Positions 8,471 through 18,747 are shown, counted from the first letter of the stretch. The stretch: DNA of 32,000 nt from Pasteurella multocida (GCF_900187275.1 NZ_LT906458.1:510001-542000); one strand, 5' to 3'. Numbers and translations: made by a program. The notes: generated by a model from the sequence alone, not told the origin.

Positions 8471-10150
8471 ATGAGTCATCCAGTTGAAAATGTTGTCGCA
8501 GCTGAAAATACAGAAAAACGTCCCACCAATTTTATTCGTCAAATCATTGATGAAGATTTAGCATCCGGCAAACATACCGGTGTCCAAACACGTTTTCCAC
8601 CTGAACCCAATGGCTATTTGCATATTGGTCATGCCAAATCAATTTGCTTAAATTTTGGTATCGCTGAAGATTATCAAGGGTTGTGTAATTTACGTTTCGA
8701 TGATACGAATCCCGTCAAAGAAGATGTGGAATATGTGGATTCGATTAAACAAGATGTAGAATGGTTAGGTTTCAAGTGGGAAGGAGAGCCTCGTTATGCC
8801 TCCGACTATTTTGATCAACTCTATGGCTATGCGATTGAGTTAATCGAAAAAGGGTTAGCTTATGTGGATGAACTTTCGCCAGAAGAAATGCGTGAATACC
8901 GTGGTACGTTAACGGAACCGGGTAAAAATAGCCCTTATCGTGATCGTTCTATTGAAGAAAACCTCGCGTTATTTGAGAAAATGAAGAACGGAGAAATTGC
9001 AGAAGGCAAAGCCTGTTTACGTGCGAAAATTGATATGGCGTCTCCGTTTATTGTCATGCGCGATCCAGTAATTTATCGGATTAAATTTGCGACCCATCAC
9101 CAAACAGGTGATAAATGGTGCATTTACCCAATGTATGATTTTACTCATTGTATCTCTGATGCTATTGAGCGCATTACTCATTCGCTTTGTACATTGGAAT
9201 TCCAAGACAATCGCCGTTTGTATGACTGGGTATTAGAAAATATTTCGATTGCGCGTCCATTGCCGCACCAGTATGAATTTTCGCGTTTAAATTTAGAATC
9301 GACCCTCACTTCTAAACGTAAATTATTACAACTGGTGAATGAAGGTATTGTCGATGGCTGGAATGACCCACGTATGCCAACGATTTCGGGCTTACGTCGT
9401 CGTGGTTATACGCCAGCTTCATTGCGTGAGTTTTGTCGTCGTATTGGCGTCACTAAACAAGATAATATGGTGGAATTCAGTGCACTAGAAGCTTGCATTC
9501 GTGAAGACTTAAATGAGAATGCGCCACGAGCAATGGCAGTGATTAATCCACTTAAAATTGTGATTGAGAATTTCAGTGGCAAAGAAATGCTGACTGCACC
9601 AAACCACCCTAATCGTGATGAACTAGGTGTACGCGAATTACCCTTTACGCGTGAACTATATATTGATGAAGCGGATTTCCGTGAAGAAGCAAATAAACAA
9701 TATAAACGCTTAGTGCTTGGTAAAGAAGTGCGTTTACGTAATGCTTATGTGATTAAAGCCGAACGTGTTGAAAAAGATGCAGAGGGGAATATCACAACCG
9801 TTTATTGTACTTATGACCCTGACACGCTAGGGAAGAATCCAGTAGATGGACGTAAAGTGAAAGGCGTGATTCAATGGGTGTCTGCGGAAGATTATTTACC
9901 TGCTGAATTTCGTCAATATGGGCGTTTATTTACGGTGGCAAACCCAGGAGCCGCAGAGGATATTCACCAAGTACTGAACCCAGATTCATTGGTGATTAAA
10001 CAAGGTGTGGTGGAGAAGAGTTTAGCCAATGCACAGCCAGAAAAAGCTTACCAATTTGAGCGTGAAGGTTATTATTGTGCAGACAGCAAAGATAGCAGTC
10101 CAGATCATTTGGTCTTCAATTTAACCGTGAGTTTAAAAGAAGGCTTCTAA
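8471..10150 (+). CDS. glnS: Glutamine--tRNA ligase
   Basis: Class I aaRS signatures: HIGH ([13 protein letters not shown]) and a KMSKS-like motif (LTSKRKL). Full-length similarity to GlnRS. Start is placed at ATG 8471 after GAGGT; the track ORF starts 6 codons earlier at 8453. Confidence 0.95.
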   Translation: MSHPVENVVAAENTEKRPTNFIRQIIDEDLASGKHTGVQTRFPPEPNGYLHIGHAKSICLNFGIAEDYQGLCNLRFDDTNPVKEDVEYVDSIKQDVEWLGFKWEGEPRYASDYFDQLYGYAIELIEKGLAYVDELSPEEMREYRGTLTEPGKNSPYRDRSIEENLALFEKMKNGEIAEGKACLRAKIDMASPFIVMRDPVIYRIKFATHHQTGDKWCIYPMYDFTHCISDAIERITHSLCTLEFQDNRRLYDWVLENISIARPLPHQYEFSRLNLESTLTSKRKLLQLVNEGIVDGWNDPRMPTISGLRRRGYTPASLREFCRRIGVTKQDNMVEFSALEACIREDLNENAPRAMAVINPLKIVIENFSGKEMLTAPNHPNRDELGVRELPFTRELYIDEADFREEANKQYKRLVLGKEVRLRNAYVIKAERVEKDAEGNITTVYCTYDPDTLGKNPVDGRKVKGVIQWVSAEDYLPAEFRQYGRLFTVANPGAAEDIHQVLNPDSLVIKQGVVEKSLANAQPEKAYQFEREGYYCADSKDSSPDHLVFNLTVSLKEGF

Positions 10151-10166
10151 TTTTCTTGCCGTTTGA

Positions 10167-10193
10167 AGAGCGCTTTTTGAAGCGCTCTTTTTT
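10167..10193 (+). terminator. Rho-independent terminator after glnS
   Basis: AGAGCGCT (10167-10174) pairs with AGCGCTCT (10181-10188), followed by a T run. Confidence 0.85.
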
Positions 10194-10353
10194 ATGGGCA
10201 ATTTTTTGTTGATTAAAAAAATAGCATTTTGTTAGAAATTATCTAATTAATTTGTCTTTTTTTAATGAAAAGATAATAAAAATCCCCATTTTTCGTAAAA
10301 AAATAATAGAATACGGCTCTTTGTTAATTTTGCTTTTTAACTCAGGAGGAATA

Positions 10354-11799
10354 ATGAGCATATTTTCTACTTTCGAAACAATAGTAGAACAGGCTTTAAC
10401 GTGGTTTGTTGAAAAAGTAGATGGTCCATTATGGGACATTACGATAGTGACATTATTAGGTGTTGGTTTATTTTTTACAATCACAACAGGGTTAGTGCAA
10501 TTACGTTTATTACCACGCAGTTTACGTGAAATGTGGTCAGGTCGAAGTGCAGAAGGCAATTCATTAACGCCATTTCAAGCATTCACGACCGGATTAGCCA
10601 GTCGTGTTGGCGTAGGAAATATCGGTGGTGTCGCAACAGCAATTGCGATTGGTGGTGAAGGTGCTGTGTTCTGGATGTGGATCACGGCGCTGATTGGCAT
10701 GAGTAGTGCATTTGCTGAGTCATCCTTAGCCCAATTATTTAAAGTCAAAGAACCTTGTGGTTTGTACCGTGGCGGTCCAGCCTATTACATTACCAAAGGA
10801 TTAAAAGCACCGCTCTTGGGAGCAGCATTTGCAGTCAGTTTAATTTTTACATTTGGTTTTGCTTTTAATGCAGTACAAGCGAATGCAATTGTCGAAGCAA
10901 CCAATAATGCTTGGCATTGGAATGCACAATATGTTGGCTGGGTGTTAGTTGCAATTACAGCATTCATTATTTTCGGTGGCGTAAAACGCATTGGCGCAGT
11001 GAGTGCGAAATTAGTCCCCATGATGGCGTTATTTTATCTGATTATTGCCGTGATTATTTTAGGCATGAATATTCATGCGATTCCGATGGTCATTTCACGG
11101 ATTGTGTCGAGTGCTTTTGATTTCAGTGCTATGGCGGGTGGTATGTTTGGTGCCATTTTTTCTAAAGCCATGCTAATGGGGGTGAAACGTGGATTATTTT
11201 CTAATGAAGCAGGGATGGGATCTGCGCCAAATTCCGCAGCCTCGGCGGATGTGAAACATCCTGCGAGTCAAGGCTTAATTCAAATGCTTGGTGTTTTTGT
11301 TGATACGATTATTGTATGTACTTGTACCGCAGTCATCATTTTACTTTCGGATAACTATGGTAATGAAACATTAAAAGGCATTTCTTTAACGCAGCACGCG
11401 TTACAATATCATGTCGGTGATTTTGGTTTACATTTCTTGGCAGCCATTTTATTTCTGTTTGCGTATTCATCCATTATTGGTAACTATGCGTATGCGGAAA
11501 GCAATATCCGTTTTCTGCGTAATAAGTCACTCTTTATTTTTATTTTCCGCTTGATGGTTCTCTTTTTTGTGTACTTTGGTGCCATTAATCATGCCAATAT
11601 TGTGTGGAATTTTGCTGATACAGTCATGGCCATCATGGCGATGATTAACTTGGTGGCGATTGTATTATTATCACCTATCGTTTGGTTAATTCTGAGAGAT
11701 TATCAACAGCAAATAAAAGCGGGCGTTGAACCGGTATTTAAACTCGAACAACATCCTACTTTGGCAAAGCGTGGTGTTGATAACGATATTTGGTCTTAA
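10354..11799 (+). CDS. Alanine/glycine:cation symporter (AGCS family)
   Basis: Multi-pass membrane protein with AGCS signatures (FQAFTTGLASRVGVGNIGGVATAIAIGGEGAVFWMW, SNEAGMGSAP). Start is placed at ATG 10354 after AGGAGGA; the track ORF starts at TTG 10252. Confidence 0.9.
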   Translation: MSIFSTFETIVEQALTWFVEKVDGPLWDITIVTLLGVGLFFTITTGLVQLRLLPRSLREMWSGRSAEGNSLTPFQAFTTGLASRVGVGNIGGVATAIAIGGEGAVFWMWITALIGMSSAFAESSLAQLFKVKEPCGLYRGGPAYYITKGLKAPLLGAAFAVSLIFTFGFAFNAVQANAIVEATNNAWHWNAQYVGWVLVAITAFIIFGGVKRIGAVSAKLVPMMALFYLIIAVIILGMNIHAIPMVISRIVSSAFDFSAMAGGMFGAIFSKAMLMGVKRGLFSNEAGMGSAPNSAASADVKHPASQGLIQMLGVFVDTIIVCTCTAVIILLSDNYGNETLKGISLTQHALQYHVGDFGLHFLAAILFLFAYSSIIGNYAYAESNIRFLRNKSLFIFIFRLMVLFFVYFGAINHANIVWNFADTVMAIMAMINLVAIVLLSPIVWLILRDYQQQIKAGVEPVFKLEQHPTLAKRGVDNDIWS

Positions 11800-11829
11800 T
11801 GACTTACACGTAAAATTCCTTTATGATTG

Positions 11830-11838
11830 ACCGCACTT
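11830..11838 (-). repeat. Uptake signal sequence core (ACCGCACTT on the plus strand)
   Basis: Exact 9-mer, in the intergenic region after the AGCS gene. Confidence 0.9.
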
Positions 11839-11898
11839 TTCAGCAGATGAATTTGAATGAAATTTGTGGTCAATAAATCAAATGAGTGGGAATGAAGT

Positions 11899-12390
11899 AT
11901 GGTTAAGATCGTAGAATGTCAGCAACAGCATTTTCGTGCATTATCTTATTCATTATCGCCAGAACAAGCTAAATTTACTGCGCTTCCTTCGGTCTGGTTT
12001 GCCGATCTTAATGCAAAAAAGCCTTGGAAAGCCTTCAGCATATTATCCGATGATGAACCTGTTGGCTTTTTTGTGTTAGATCAGGGAGAGGATCGGCAAA
12101 AATATTCTGATAATCCTCAAGCTGTTTTATTACGCTCGATGTCAATTCACCCTGATTTTCAGGGACTCGGCATTGCAAAACAAGCCTTATCTCATCAGAG
12201 GCTCATGCCTTTATTATTGCACCATTTCCCTAGTAGTCATGAAATTGTACTGGGCGTTAATCATCTTAATCAGCGTGCCTATGCGTTTTATCTTGCTTGT
12301 GGTTTCAAACATACACAACGTGATCTAATGGGGATTCGAGGCAAGCAATATATTTTGTCTTTGGATTTTTCAATATGCAAACACTCTTAA
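11899..12390 (+). CDS. GNAT-family N-acetyltransferase, substrate unknown
   Basis: 163-aa ORF with the acetyl-CoA binding motif region SIHPDFQGLGIAKQAL and the downstream NQRAYAFYLACGF typical of GNAT motifs A and B. Confidence 0.8.
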   Translation: MVKIVECQQQHFRALSYSLSPEQAKFTALPSVWFADLNAKKPWKAFSILSDDEPVGFFVLDQGEDRQKYSDNPQAVLLRSMSIHPDFQGLGIAKQALSHQRLMPLLLHHFPSSHEIVLGVNHLNQRAYAFYLACGFKHTQRDLMGIRGKQYILSLDFSICKHS

Positions 12391-12914
12391 TTATCCGCGG
12401 GCATTCTGGTTCTGGAAAAAGTACCTTTGCCCTGAAAAAAATGGCTGAGTTTAAGCAAAATTTTACAGAGGGTGTGCTTTTTCATGTTGAAAATGATCAT
12501 TTTTTGCGAGAGAACGGTGAATACCATTGGACAGTCGAGCGCTTTCAACAAGCTAAACAATTGGCACAACAACAATTAGCTGATGCGTTAAACTATTGTG
12601 TTGAAAACCCGCAGCACGATGTTTGTATTGTACTCAGTAACGTAGGTGGGAATGCCAAGGAGATTGAAAAGGTTGTTGCAAGGGCGACAAGTTATGGTTT
12701 ACACACGGAAGTATATCGCTTACAAAATTTTTTTCCAAATACACATGGTGTTGATGCGCAAGTTGTCTATGAAATGTATTTACACTTATGTGATCAGCCT
12801 GTCCAAAACGAGATCTTACTTCCTCCCATTCAACCGATGACAAAAGCAATATGCCGTGAAATTAAGAAGTTACAGGCTCAAAAAAGAAAAAACCGCTACA
12901 CCAAGAAGATGTAG
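12375..12914 (+). CDS. P-loop NTPase/kinase (AAA_33, polynucleotide-kinase or chloramphenicol-phosphotransferase-like fold), function unknown
   Basis: 179-aa ORF with an N-terminal Walker A (LLIIRGHSGSGKSTFA), a CIVLSNVGGN strand resembling the Pnk/CPT Walker-B region, and a Lys/Arg-rich C-terminal tail (KKLQAQKRKNRYTKKM). Its ATG lies 16 nt inside the GNAT ORF. Confidence 0.7.
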   Translation: MQTLLIIRGHSGSGKSTFALKKMAEFKQNFTEGVLFHVENDHFLRENGEYHWTVERFQQAKQLAQQQLADALNYCVENPQHDVCIVLSNVGGNAKEIEKVVARATSYGLHTEVYRLQNFFPNTHGVDAQVVYEMYLHLCDQPVQNEILLPPIQPMTKAICREIKKLQAQKRKNRYTKKM

Positions 12915-13020
12915 CGGGAGGTCTTAACATAAGAAAGTTAAAAAGACGACTGCATTTGCAGTGCACTAGCATTATCTAAGACCGAGCATTTTTAAAATAG
13001 TTCAGAAAAAGTTTTATTTT

Positions 13021-14865
13021 TTATAAAAAATTTTTTATTTGTGTTTCGATACCGGCTTCGTCTAAATGTAAGTCCGCTAAAATTTCTTGTTGTGTCCCTT
13101 GTGGGATAAAGAAATCAGGTAAACCAAGTTGTAATAATTTTGTTTGATGTTGTTGAGAATGTAAGACTTCGGCAACGGCACTGCCAGCCCCACCTTGAAT
13201 GACGTTTTCTTCTAAAGTCACAATCAGGTCATGTGTTTGTGCAATTTGATGGATACACTCAACATCAATAGGTTTAACAAAACGCATATCGATTACTGTC
13301 GCATTTAATTTTTCTGCCACGTTGATGGCGGTAGGTAATAAAGTGCCAAAATTTAAAATCGCAATTTTTTCGCCTTCACGAATCAGGTTGGATTTACCGA
13401 GTGCTAACATCGTTAATGGGGTGAGTTCAACACCAATGGCATTACCACGTGGATAACGTACGGCAGCAGGTTGATTGAGTTTGTAACCAGTATAAAGCAT
13501 TTGACGACACTCATTTTCGTCGCTAGGTGTCATGATCACCATATTTGGGATACAGCGCAGAAAGCTAATATCAAAAGCGCCTTGATGAGTCTGACCATCT
13601 GCACCGACCACACCAGCCCGATCAATAGCAAATAAAACCGGCAGATTTTGAATAGCCACATCATGAATGAGTTGATCGTAGGCGCGCTGTAAAAAGGTGG
13701 AATAAATTGCTACTACGGGTTTATAACCCCCAATCGCCAAGCCAGCGGCAAACGTGACGGCATGTTGTTCAGCAATGGCAACATCAAAATATTGTTGTGG
13801 AAAACGGTTAGAAAACTCGACCATCCCTGAGCCTTCACGCATAGCCGGCGTAATGCCGATCAGTTTAGGATCGTTTTCTGCCATTTCACACAGCCAATCA
13901 CCAAAAATTTTTGAATAAGTTGGCGTTGTATTTGATTTAGGTAATTGACCACTTAAATGATCAAATTTAGGTACACCATGAAAGCCAATTGGGTCTTTTT
14001 CTGCCGGAGCGTAGCCTTTCCCTTTTTTGGTCATGATATGTAAAAATTGGGGACCTTTTAAGGCGCGCATATTTTTCAATGTGCTGATAAGTTCTTCAAT
14101 GTTATGACCATCAATCGGACCAATATAGTTGAACCCTAGTTGCTCGAACATGGTACCCACAGGGGAAACAAAGCCTTTCACATGTTCTTCAGTCTTTTTG
14201 ACAAATTCTTTAATCGGTGGCATACCAGAGAGGATTTTTTTACCCCCTTCACGGATAGAAGAATAAAATGATCCCGTTAATAAGCGGGCGAGATGATTGT
14301 TTAGCGCCCCGACATTTTCTGAAATGGACATTTCGTTATCATTCAAAATCACCAGCATATCGGTATGCAAGGCACCAGCATGATTCATTGCTTCAAACGC
14401 CATTCCTGCGGTAATGGCGCCATCACCAATCACACAGACTGTTTTACGTCCCGCATTTTCACGTTGTGCGGCAACGGCAATGCCTAAGCCTGCACTAATT
14501 GAGGTAGAAGAATGCCCAACACTTAACACATCAAATTCGCTTTCTTCACGCCATGGAAAAGGATGAATACCATTTTTCTGACGAATGGTGGACATTTGAT
14601 CACGACGACCTGTTAAGATTTTATGTGGATAGGCTTGATGACCAACATCCCAAATCAGTTGATCAAAGGGGGTTTTATAGACATAGTGTAAGGCAACAGT
14701 TAATTCTACTGTGCCCAAGCCTGATGCCAAATGTCCACTACTTTGACTAACAGACTCTAATAAATATGCACGTAATTCCTGACAGATTTGGGGAAGTTGT
14801 TCTTTACTTAATAAACGTAAATCTTCGGGTGAATTAATTAATGATAACAGAGGATAATTTTGCAT
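13021..14865 (-). CDS. dxs: 1-deoxy-D-xylulose-5-phosphate synthase
   Basis: 614-aa ORF, collinear with E. coli Dxs ([62 protein letters not shown], the TPP-binding motif). Confidence 0.97.
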   Translation of the reverse strand: MQNYPLLSLINSPEDLRLLSKEQLPQICQELRAYLLESVSQSSGHLASGLGTVELTVALHYVYKTPFDQLIWDVGHQAYPHKILTGRRDQMSTIRQKNGIHPFPWREESEFDVLSVGHSSTSISAGLGIAVAAQRENAGRKTVCVIGDGAITAGMAFEAMNHAGALHTDMLVILNDNEMSISENVGALNNHLARLLTGSFYSSIREGGKKILSGMPPIKEFVKKTEEHVKGFVSPVGTMFEQLGFNYIGPIDGHNIEELISTLKNMRALKGPQFLHIMTKKGKGYAPAEKDPIGFHGVPKFDHLSGQLPKSNTTPTYSKIFGDWLCEMAENDPKLIGITPAMREGSGMVEFSNRFPQQYFDVAIAEQHAVTFAAGLAIGGYKPVVAIYSTFLQRAYDQLIHDVAIQNLPVLFAIDRAGVVGADGQTHQGAFDISFLRCIPNMVIMTPSDENECRQMLYTGYKLNQPAAVRYPRGNAIGVELTPLTMLALGKSNLIREGEKIAILNFGTLLPTAINVAEKLNATVIDMRFVKPIDVECIHQIAQTHDLIVTLEENVIQGGAGSAVAEVLHSQQHQTKLLQLGLPDFFIPQGTQQEILADLHLDEAGIETQIKNFL

Positions 14866-14891
14866 AGTTGTTAGTCAATTCCAAAATAATT

Positions 14892-14931
14892 AAAAAACTG
14901 ACCGCACTTTGATCTTGGTGTATTGTGCGGT
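14892..14931 (-). terminator. USS-derived hairpin plus T6 between ispA and dxs (terminator-like, probably leaky)
   Basis: On the minus strand ACCGCAC (14931-14925), a 17-nt loop, GTGCGGT (14907-14901), then CAGTTTTTT. It contains a perfect USS core at 14901-14909. It starts 1 nt after the ispA stop and ends about 26 nt before the dxs ATG. Confidence 0.4.
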
Positions 14932-15819
14932 TTAACTTTTTCTATTTACCACAAATTCAGCGATAGCACGAAGTGCACTGGTATCAAAAGGAATACTTTC
15001 TAATTCCGCGATTGCGCTTTGATACAGTTCTTGCGCTTTTTGTTTGGCACCCGCTAAGCCTAATAATTTGGGGTAGGTGCTTTTATCTGCTAATAAATCA
15101 GAACCCACGGTTTTACCAATAATGTCACTTTCGCCTTCAATATCTAAAATATCGTCTTGTACTTGAAAGGCTAAGCCAATGGCTTCCGAATACCGTTGTA
15201 ATTGTTGTGCTAGCGTATCATTTTTAAAATGCGGAGAACAAATTCGCCCGAGCTGAATCGCAGCGGAAAGCATTGCCCCCGTTTTATTGCGGTGAATTTG
15301 TTCTAATTCGATTAAGCTAATGTGTTTTTGCTCAGAAATCAGATCGAGACTTTGCCCCAAACACATTCCTTTTACACCAGCCGCTTGACTTAGCGTTTGC
15401 ACTAACGCAAGTTTTTGCTCTGCTTGCAGTGCAGGTGCTTGAGTTAATATTTCAAAAGCAAAGGCTTGCAACGCGTCACCGGCTAAAATCGCGGTGGCGT
15501 GATCAAAAGCAATATGGCAAGTTGGTTGTCCACGACGTAAATGATCATCATCCATCGCAGGGAGATCGTCGTGAATTAATGAATAGGCATGAACGGCTTC
15601 TACACTTGCCGCGGCATAATCGAGTTGGTTTAAGTCTGCGCCGAGCATTCGTCCTGTTGCATACACTAGGAAAGGACGGATACGTTTACCACCAAGGAGC
15701 ACACCGTAACGCATGGCTTCGGCAAGAGGAGAGGGGCTGCTGTCCACATTCAATTGTTGCGCTAAAAAAGTATTAATACGTTGTTGGAGTTGGGGTAAAT
15801 CTTGTGAAAGTTGGTACAT
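14932..15819 (-). CDS. ispA: Farnesyl diphosphate synthase (geranyltranstransferase)
   Basis: 295-aa ORF with the two aspartate-rich motifs LIHDDLPAMDDD and FQVQDDILD. Confidence 0.95.
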   Translation of the reverse strand: MYQLSQDLPQLQQRINTFLAQQLNVDSSPSPLAEAMRYGVLLGGKRIRPFLVYATGRMLGADLNQLDYAAASVEAVHAYSLIHDDLPAMDDDHLRRGQPTCHIAFDHATAILAGDALQAFAFEILTQAPALQAEQKLALVQTLSQAAGVKGMCLGQSLDLISEQKHISLIELEQIHRNKTGAMLSAAIQLGRICSPHFKNDTLAQQLQRYSEAIGLAFQVQDDILDIEGESDIIGKTVGSDLLADKSTYPKLLGLAGAKQKAQELYQSAIAELESIPFDTSALRAIAEFVVNRKS

Positions 15820-15837
15820 AACATGCTCGTATTGTTG

Positions 15838-16083
15838 TTATTCTTCCGCTTGGTAATCGCTTAATTTCGCGCTATCACTTTTTTGTAATAAAATCTGAAT
15901 GCGTTGTTCGGCTTGTTGTAAACGTTCTTGTCCCAAATGGGCAAGCTTAATGCCACGTTCAAATTCTTCTAAGGCGCTTTCCAAAGGAAGCTCACCACTT
16001 TCTAAACGTGTGACAATGGCTTCTAGCTGTTGTAGCGTATTTTCAAAATCTAATTCGGTTTTTTCTGTACTTTTTTTAGCCAT
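15838..16083 (-). CDS. xseB: Exodeoxyribonuclease VII small subunit
   Basis: 81-aa helical [39 protein letters not shown] matches the XseB family. It sits first in the conserved xseB-ispA-dxs order. Confidence 0.9.
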   Translation of the reverse strand: MAKKSTEKTELDFENTLQQLEAIVTRLESGELPLESALEEFERGIKLAHLGQERLQQAEQRIQILLQKSDSAKLSDYQAEE

Positions 16084-16117
16084 TGTATATCCTTTTTACG
16101 AAAGCATTAAGGGCACC

Positions 16118-16146
16118 ATTGTACTGTATTTTTGGGCATATGTTAA
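16118..16146 (-). promoter_or_regulatory. Candidate xseB-ispA-dxs promoter (TTAACA-17-TACAAT on the minus strand)
   Basis: Reverse complement of 16141-16146 is TTAACA and of 16118-16123 is TACAAT, with 17-bp spacing, about 35 nt upstream of the xseB ATG. Confidence 0.45.
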
Positions 16147-16203
16147 AATTATTTGCGGATTTTCAACCCACTTTCTTGCCCGCTCATAGGATAGCCAACA
16201 AGA

Positions 16204-16228
16204 AAGTGCGGTCGAATTGACCGCACTT
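16204..16228 (-). terminator. Inverted USS pair forming the torZ terminator
   Basis: AAGTGCGGT (16204-16212) and ACCGCACTT (16220-16228) form a perfect stem, AAAGTGCGGTC-GAAT-TGACCGCACTTT, flanked by T/A runs, 33 nt after the torZ stop. Confidence 0.8.
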
Positions 16229-16260
16229 TTGTTTTATTTCCTTAGCATTTCATGCCATTT

Positions 16261-18747
16261 TTATGCTTTCGCTTGTTTTGGTTGTTTAAATACCGTGATT
16301 TCTGGTGCTTCACCTGTGAATTTTTCTATTTGCACAATACAGGTATTTGGAGAGTTACCTTGTGCAAGTTTTGATGTACCAATGTCCATTGTCAAGACAT
16401 TAGGGCAGCCATTTTTACATAGAGGTTTTTCGCTTACTCCTAAGTCTAATGGGTCATACCAAGCACCTTCACATAAACTGACAGTACCTTTGATGATATC
16501 AGGTGTGACAATTGCCCCTGCAAGGACTTGACCACGATTATTGAAAATACGCACAATATCACCGTCAGAAATCCCTCTAGTTTTTGCATCTTCTACATGG
16601 ATCAGCACAGGTTCGCGATCGTTCACGACGTATTTTTGACGCAGTGAAGTATTTGCTAATTGACTGTGTAACCGATAGTAAGGATGCGGGGTGACTAGCG
16701 CTAATGGATGTTCCGTAGTGACATTACCAGCAAACTCTTCTGGTTCAAACCAAGAAGGATAGCCACGGCAATCATCATAGTTCATCTTCGCAATCGTATC
16801 GGAGTAGATTTCAATTTTACCAGAAGGTGTGCCCAGTGGATTCAATAATGGATCTTCACGGAATTCACCATAACGAACCCATTTTTTTGCTTTTTCACTG
16901 GCATTAAATGTAATAGGTTTATTTTCTTCCCAGAATTTTTCAAATTTAGGCATGAGGACACGATTTTTGCGTGCGGCATCAAAAGCGGATTGGTAAAAAT
17001 ATTTTAACCAATCCATTTCACTTTTGCCTTCTGTGAATTTATCTTCTACGCCCGCACGTTTAGCTAATTCAGCAAAGACATCATAGTCATTACGTGCCTC
17101 AAATTGCGGTTCAACCACTTGTTTCATCGGCAGAATGTGCATCATGGAATAATCACCACTCATGGTTAAATCATTTCGCTCATAACTTGTCGTGATCGGT
17201 AATACAATATCTGCCATTCTTGCTGTTGGCGTCCAGTTGATTTCATTCACAATGATTGTTTCGGGTTTTTGCCATGCCTTGACTAAAGTATTGGTGTCTT
17301 GATGATGGACAAATGGGTTACCGCCTGCCCAATAAATTAATTTAATGTCAGGATAAGTGATTTCGGTACCATTGTATTGGATGGTTTTCCCCGGATTGAG
17401 TAAGACATCTGCAATACGTGCAAGTGGGAAACTGATTTTCGCTGATTTAGATAACCAAGATTGACCCGTATTTGAGGTATCGTTATCCAATGTCGCCGAC
17501 ATAGAACCAATGACACCACCAGTTGTGGTTGGTACACCACCATTTGAATAGTGATAACTGAAACCGAAGCCACCGCCAGGTAAACCAATTTGCCCTAGCA
17601 TTGAGGCAAGTGTGACCATCATCCAATGTGTTTGTTCACCGTGACGTTGGCGTTGCATCCCCCAGCCCCCCATCAGCATCGTGCGTTTTGATGAAAAGTC
17701 ATTTGCAAGTTGCTTGATGACTTCTACAGGCACACCACTGATTTTACTTGCCCATTCGGCATCTTTTGCTTGTCCATCAATTTTTCCAAGCAAGTATTCT
17801 TCGAATTTTGCATAACCTGTAGTATATTTTTTCAAGAAAGCTTTATCATGTTTGTCTTGTGTCACTAAGGTATGCGCAATCCCTAACATTAACGGCACAT
17901 CTGTTGCTGTATTGGTTGGAATCCATTCGGCATTCAGCATTTTACAGGTTTCATTTTTGATTGGGTCAATACAAATGATACGCTTACCAGTGGCTTGATA
18001 TTTTTTGAAATATTCAATGCCTTTTTGGTCTGTCGCTGTCCAAGCAATACGCATTGTAGTCAGTGGGTTAGCAGACCAGAGCACGATGATATCAGTACTT
18101 TCTAAAATCGTTTCCCAACTGGTTTGTTGTTCGTAAACTTCAATAGTACCAAGTACATGAGGCATGATAACTTGTGCGGCACCAGTGGAGTAGTCACCTT
18201 TATGACCGACAAAACCACCTGTTGCATTCAGATAACGATGTAATAATGTACGACTTGAATGGAGTGAACCTGAGCTTTTCCAACCATAAGATCCACCAAA
18301 GATATTTTCAAAACCGCCTTCTGAGCGAACACGTTTAAATTCTTTATCAATTAAATCAAGAGCCTGATCCCAAGATACGCGCACCCATTCATCATGACCA
18401 CGCAGAGTCGTGTCACTTTTTCCTGGATTCGTTAAATAGCCTTTACGAACCATAGGGTATTTGATTCGTGTTTCACTATAAAGTTGATCAGGTACGACGG
18501 ATTGTAATTCATTTTCAATAGCAGGCAGGATTGCAGGACCAGATTTAACGGCTTTGCCATTTTCAACTACAACACCTAAAGGTCCCCAGTGGGCAGCAGT
18601 AACAATTGTTTTACTGTCAGCTGCAATTGCCTTTGGTGACACAAGTGCACCAACGACACCACCGCTTAACGATGCGCCAGCAATACCAAGAGAGGAGCTT
18701 TTTAAAAACGCTCTACGTTTAACATCTACTTTGTTCTCTTTTTTCAT
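16261..18747 (-). CDS. torZ: Periplasmic molybdopterin S-/N-oxide reductase, TorZ/BisZ type (the H. influenzae orthologue was characterised as the methionine sulfoxide reductase MtsZ)
   Basis: 828-aa ORF with a twin-arginine signal (KRRAFLKSSSLGIAGASL) and DMSO-reductase family architecture collinear with TorZ/BisC. GAGG RBS. Confidence 0.93.
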   Translation of the reverse strand: MKKENKVDVKRRAFLKSSSLGIAGASLSGGVVGALVSPKAIAADSKTIVTAAHWGPLGVVVENGKAVKSGPAILPAIENELQSVVPDQLYSETRIKYPMVRKGYLTNPGKSDTTLRGHDEWVRVSWDQALDLIDKEFKRVRSEGGFENIFGGSYGWKSSGSLHSSRTLLHRYLNATGGFVGHKGDYSTGAAQVIMPHVLGTIEVYEQQTSWETILESTDIIVLWSANPLTTMRIAWTATDQKGIEYFKKYQATGKRIICIDPIKNETCKMLNAEWIPTNTATDVPLMLGIAHTLVTQDKHDKAFLKKYTTGYAKFEEYLLGKIDGQAKDAEWASKISGVPVEVIKQLANDFSSKRTMLMGGWGMQRQRHGEQTHWMMVTLASMLGQIGLPGGGFGFSYHYSNGGVPTTTGGVIGSMSATLDNDTSNTGQSWLSKSAKISFPLARIADVLLNPGKTIQYNGTEITYPDIKLIYWAGGNPFVHHQDTNTLVKAWQKPETIIVNEINWTPTARMADIVLPITTSYERNDLTMSGDYSMMHILPMKQVVEPQFEARNDYDVFAELAKRAGVEDKFTEGKSEMDWLKYFYQSAFDAARKNRVLMPKFEKFWEENKPITFNASEKAKKWVRYGEFREDPLLNPLGTPSGKIEIYSDTIAKMNYDDCRGYPSWFEPEEFAGNVTTEHPLALVTPHPYYRLHSQLANTSLRQKYVVNDREPVLIHVEDAKTRGISDGDIVRIFNNRGQVLAGAIVTPDIIKGTVSLCEGAWYDPLDLGVSEKPLCKNGCPNVLTMDIGTSKLAQGNSPNTCIVQIEKFTGEAPEITVFKQPKQAKA

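Noticed and set aside
10151-10353. Possible glycine riboswitch upstream of the alanine/glycine symporter
   Set aside because: The region is about 160 nt of very AT-rich sequence after the glnS terminator. It has none of the conserved glycine-aptamer elements (no GGAGAG...CACCG or ACCGAAGG-type cores).
10239-10559. 106-aa minus-strand ORF, plus similar ORFs at 20127-20444 and 16217-16531
   Set aside because: They overlap AT-rich promoter regions and the ends of well-supported genes (the AGCS gene, thiI, torZ) in antisense, and show no family resemblance.
11899-12390. GNAT as a TacT/AtaT-type toxin
   Set aside because: Those toxins follow a small RHH/DUF1778 antitoxin gene. Here nothing small precedes the GNAT gene and the partner is a downstream kinase, so the classical GNAT toxin-antitoxin reading does not fit. 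It is kept only as a weak alternative within the pair finding.
12915-13020. Terminator between the convergent kinase gene and dxs
   Set aside because: The 12-nt palindrome ACTGCATTTGCAGT (12949-12962) and the outer GGTCTTA/TAAGACC pairing (12919-12925 with 12976-12982) are suggestive. However, the central loop is too short and the T-tracts are weak, so I could not call it with confidence.
15429-15776. 115-aa plus-strand ORF
   Set aside because: It is antisense inside ispA. It is Arg/His-rich, as is typical of reverse-frame translation of a real gene, and has no RBS.
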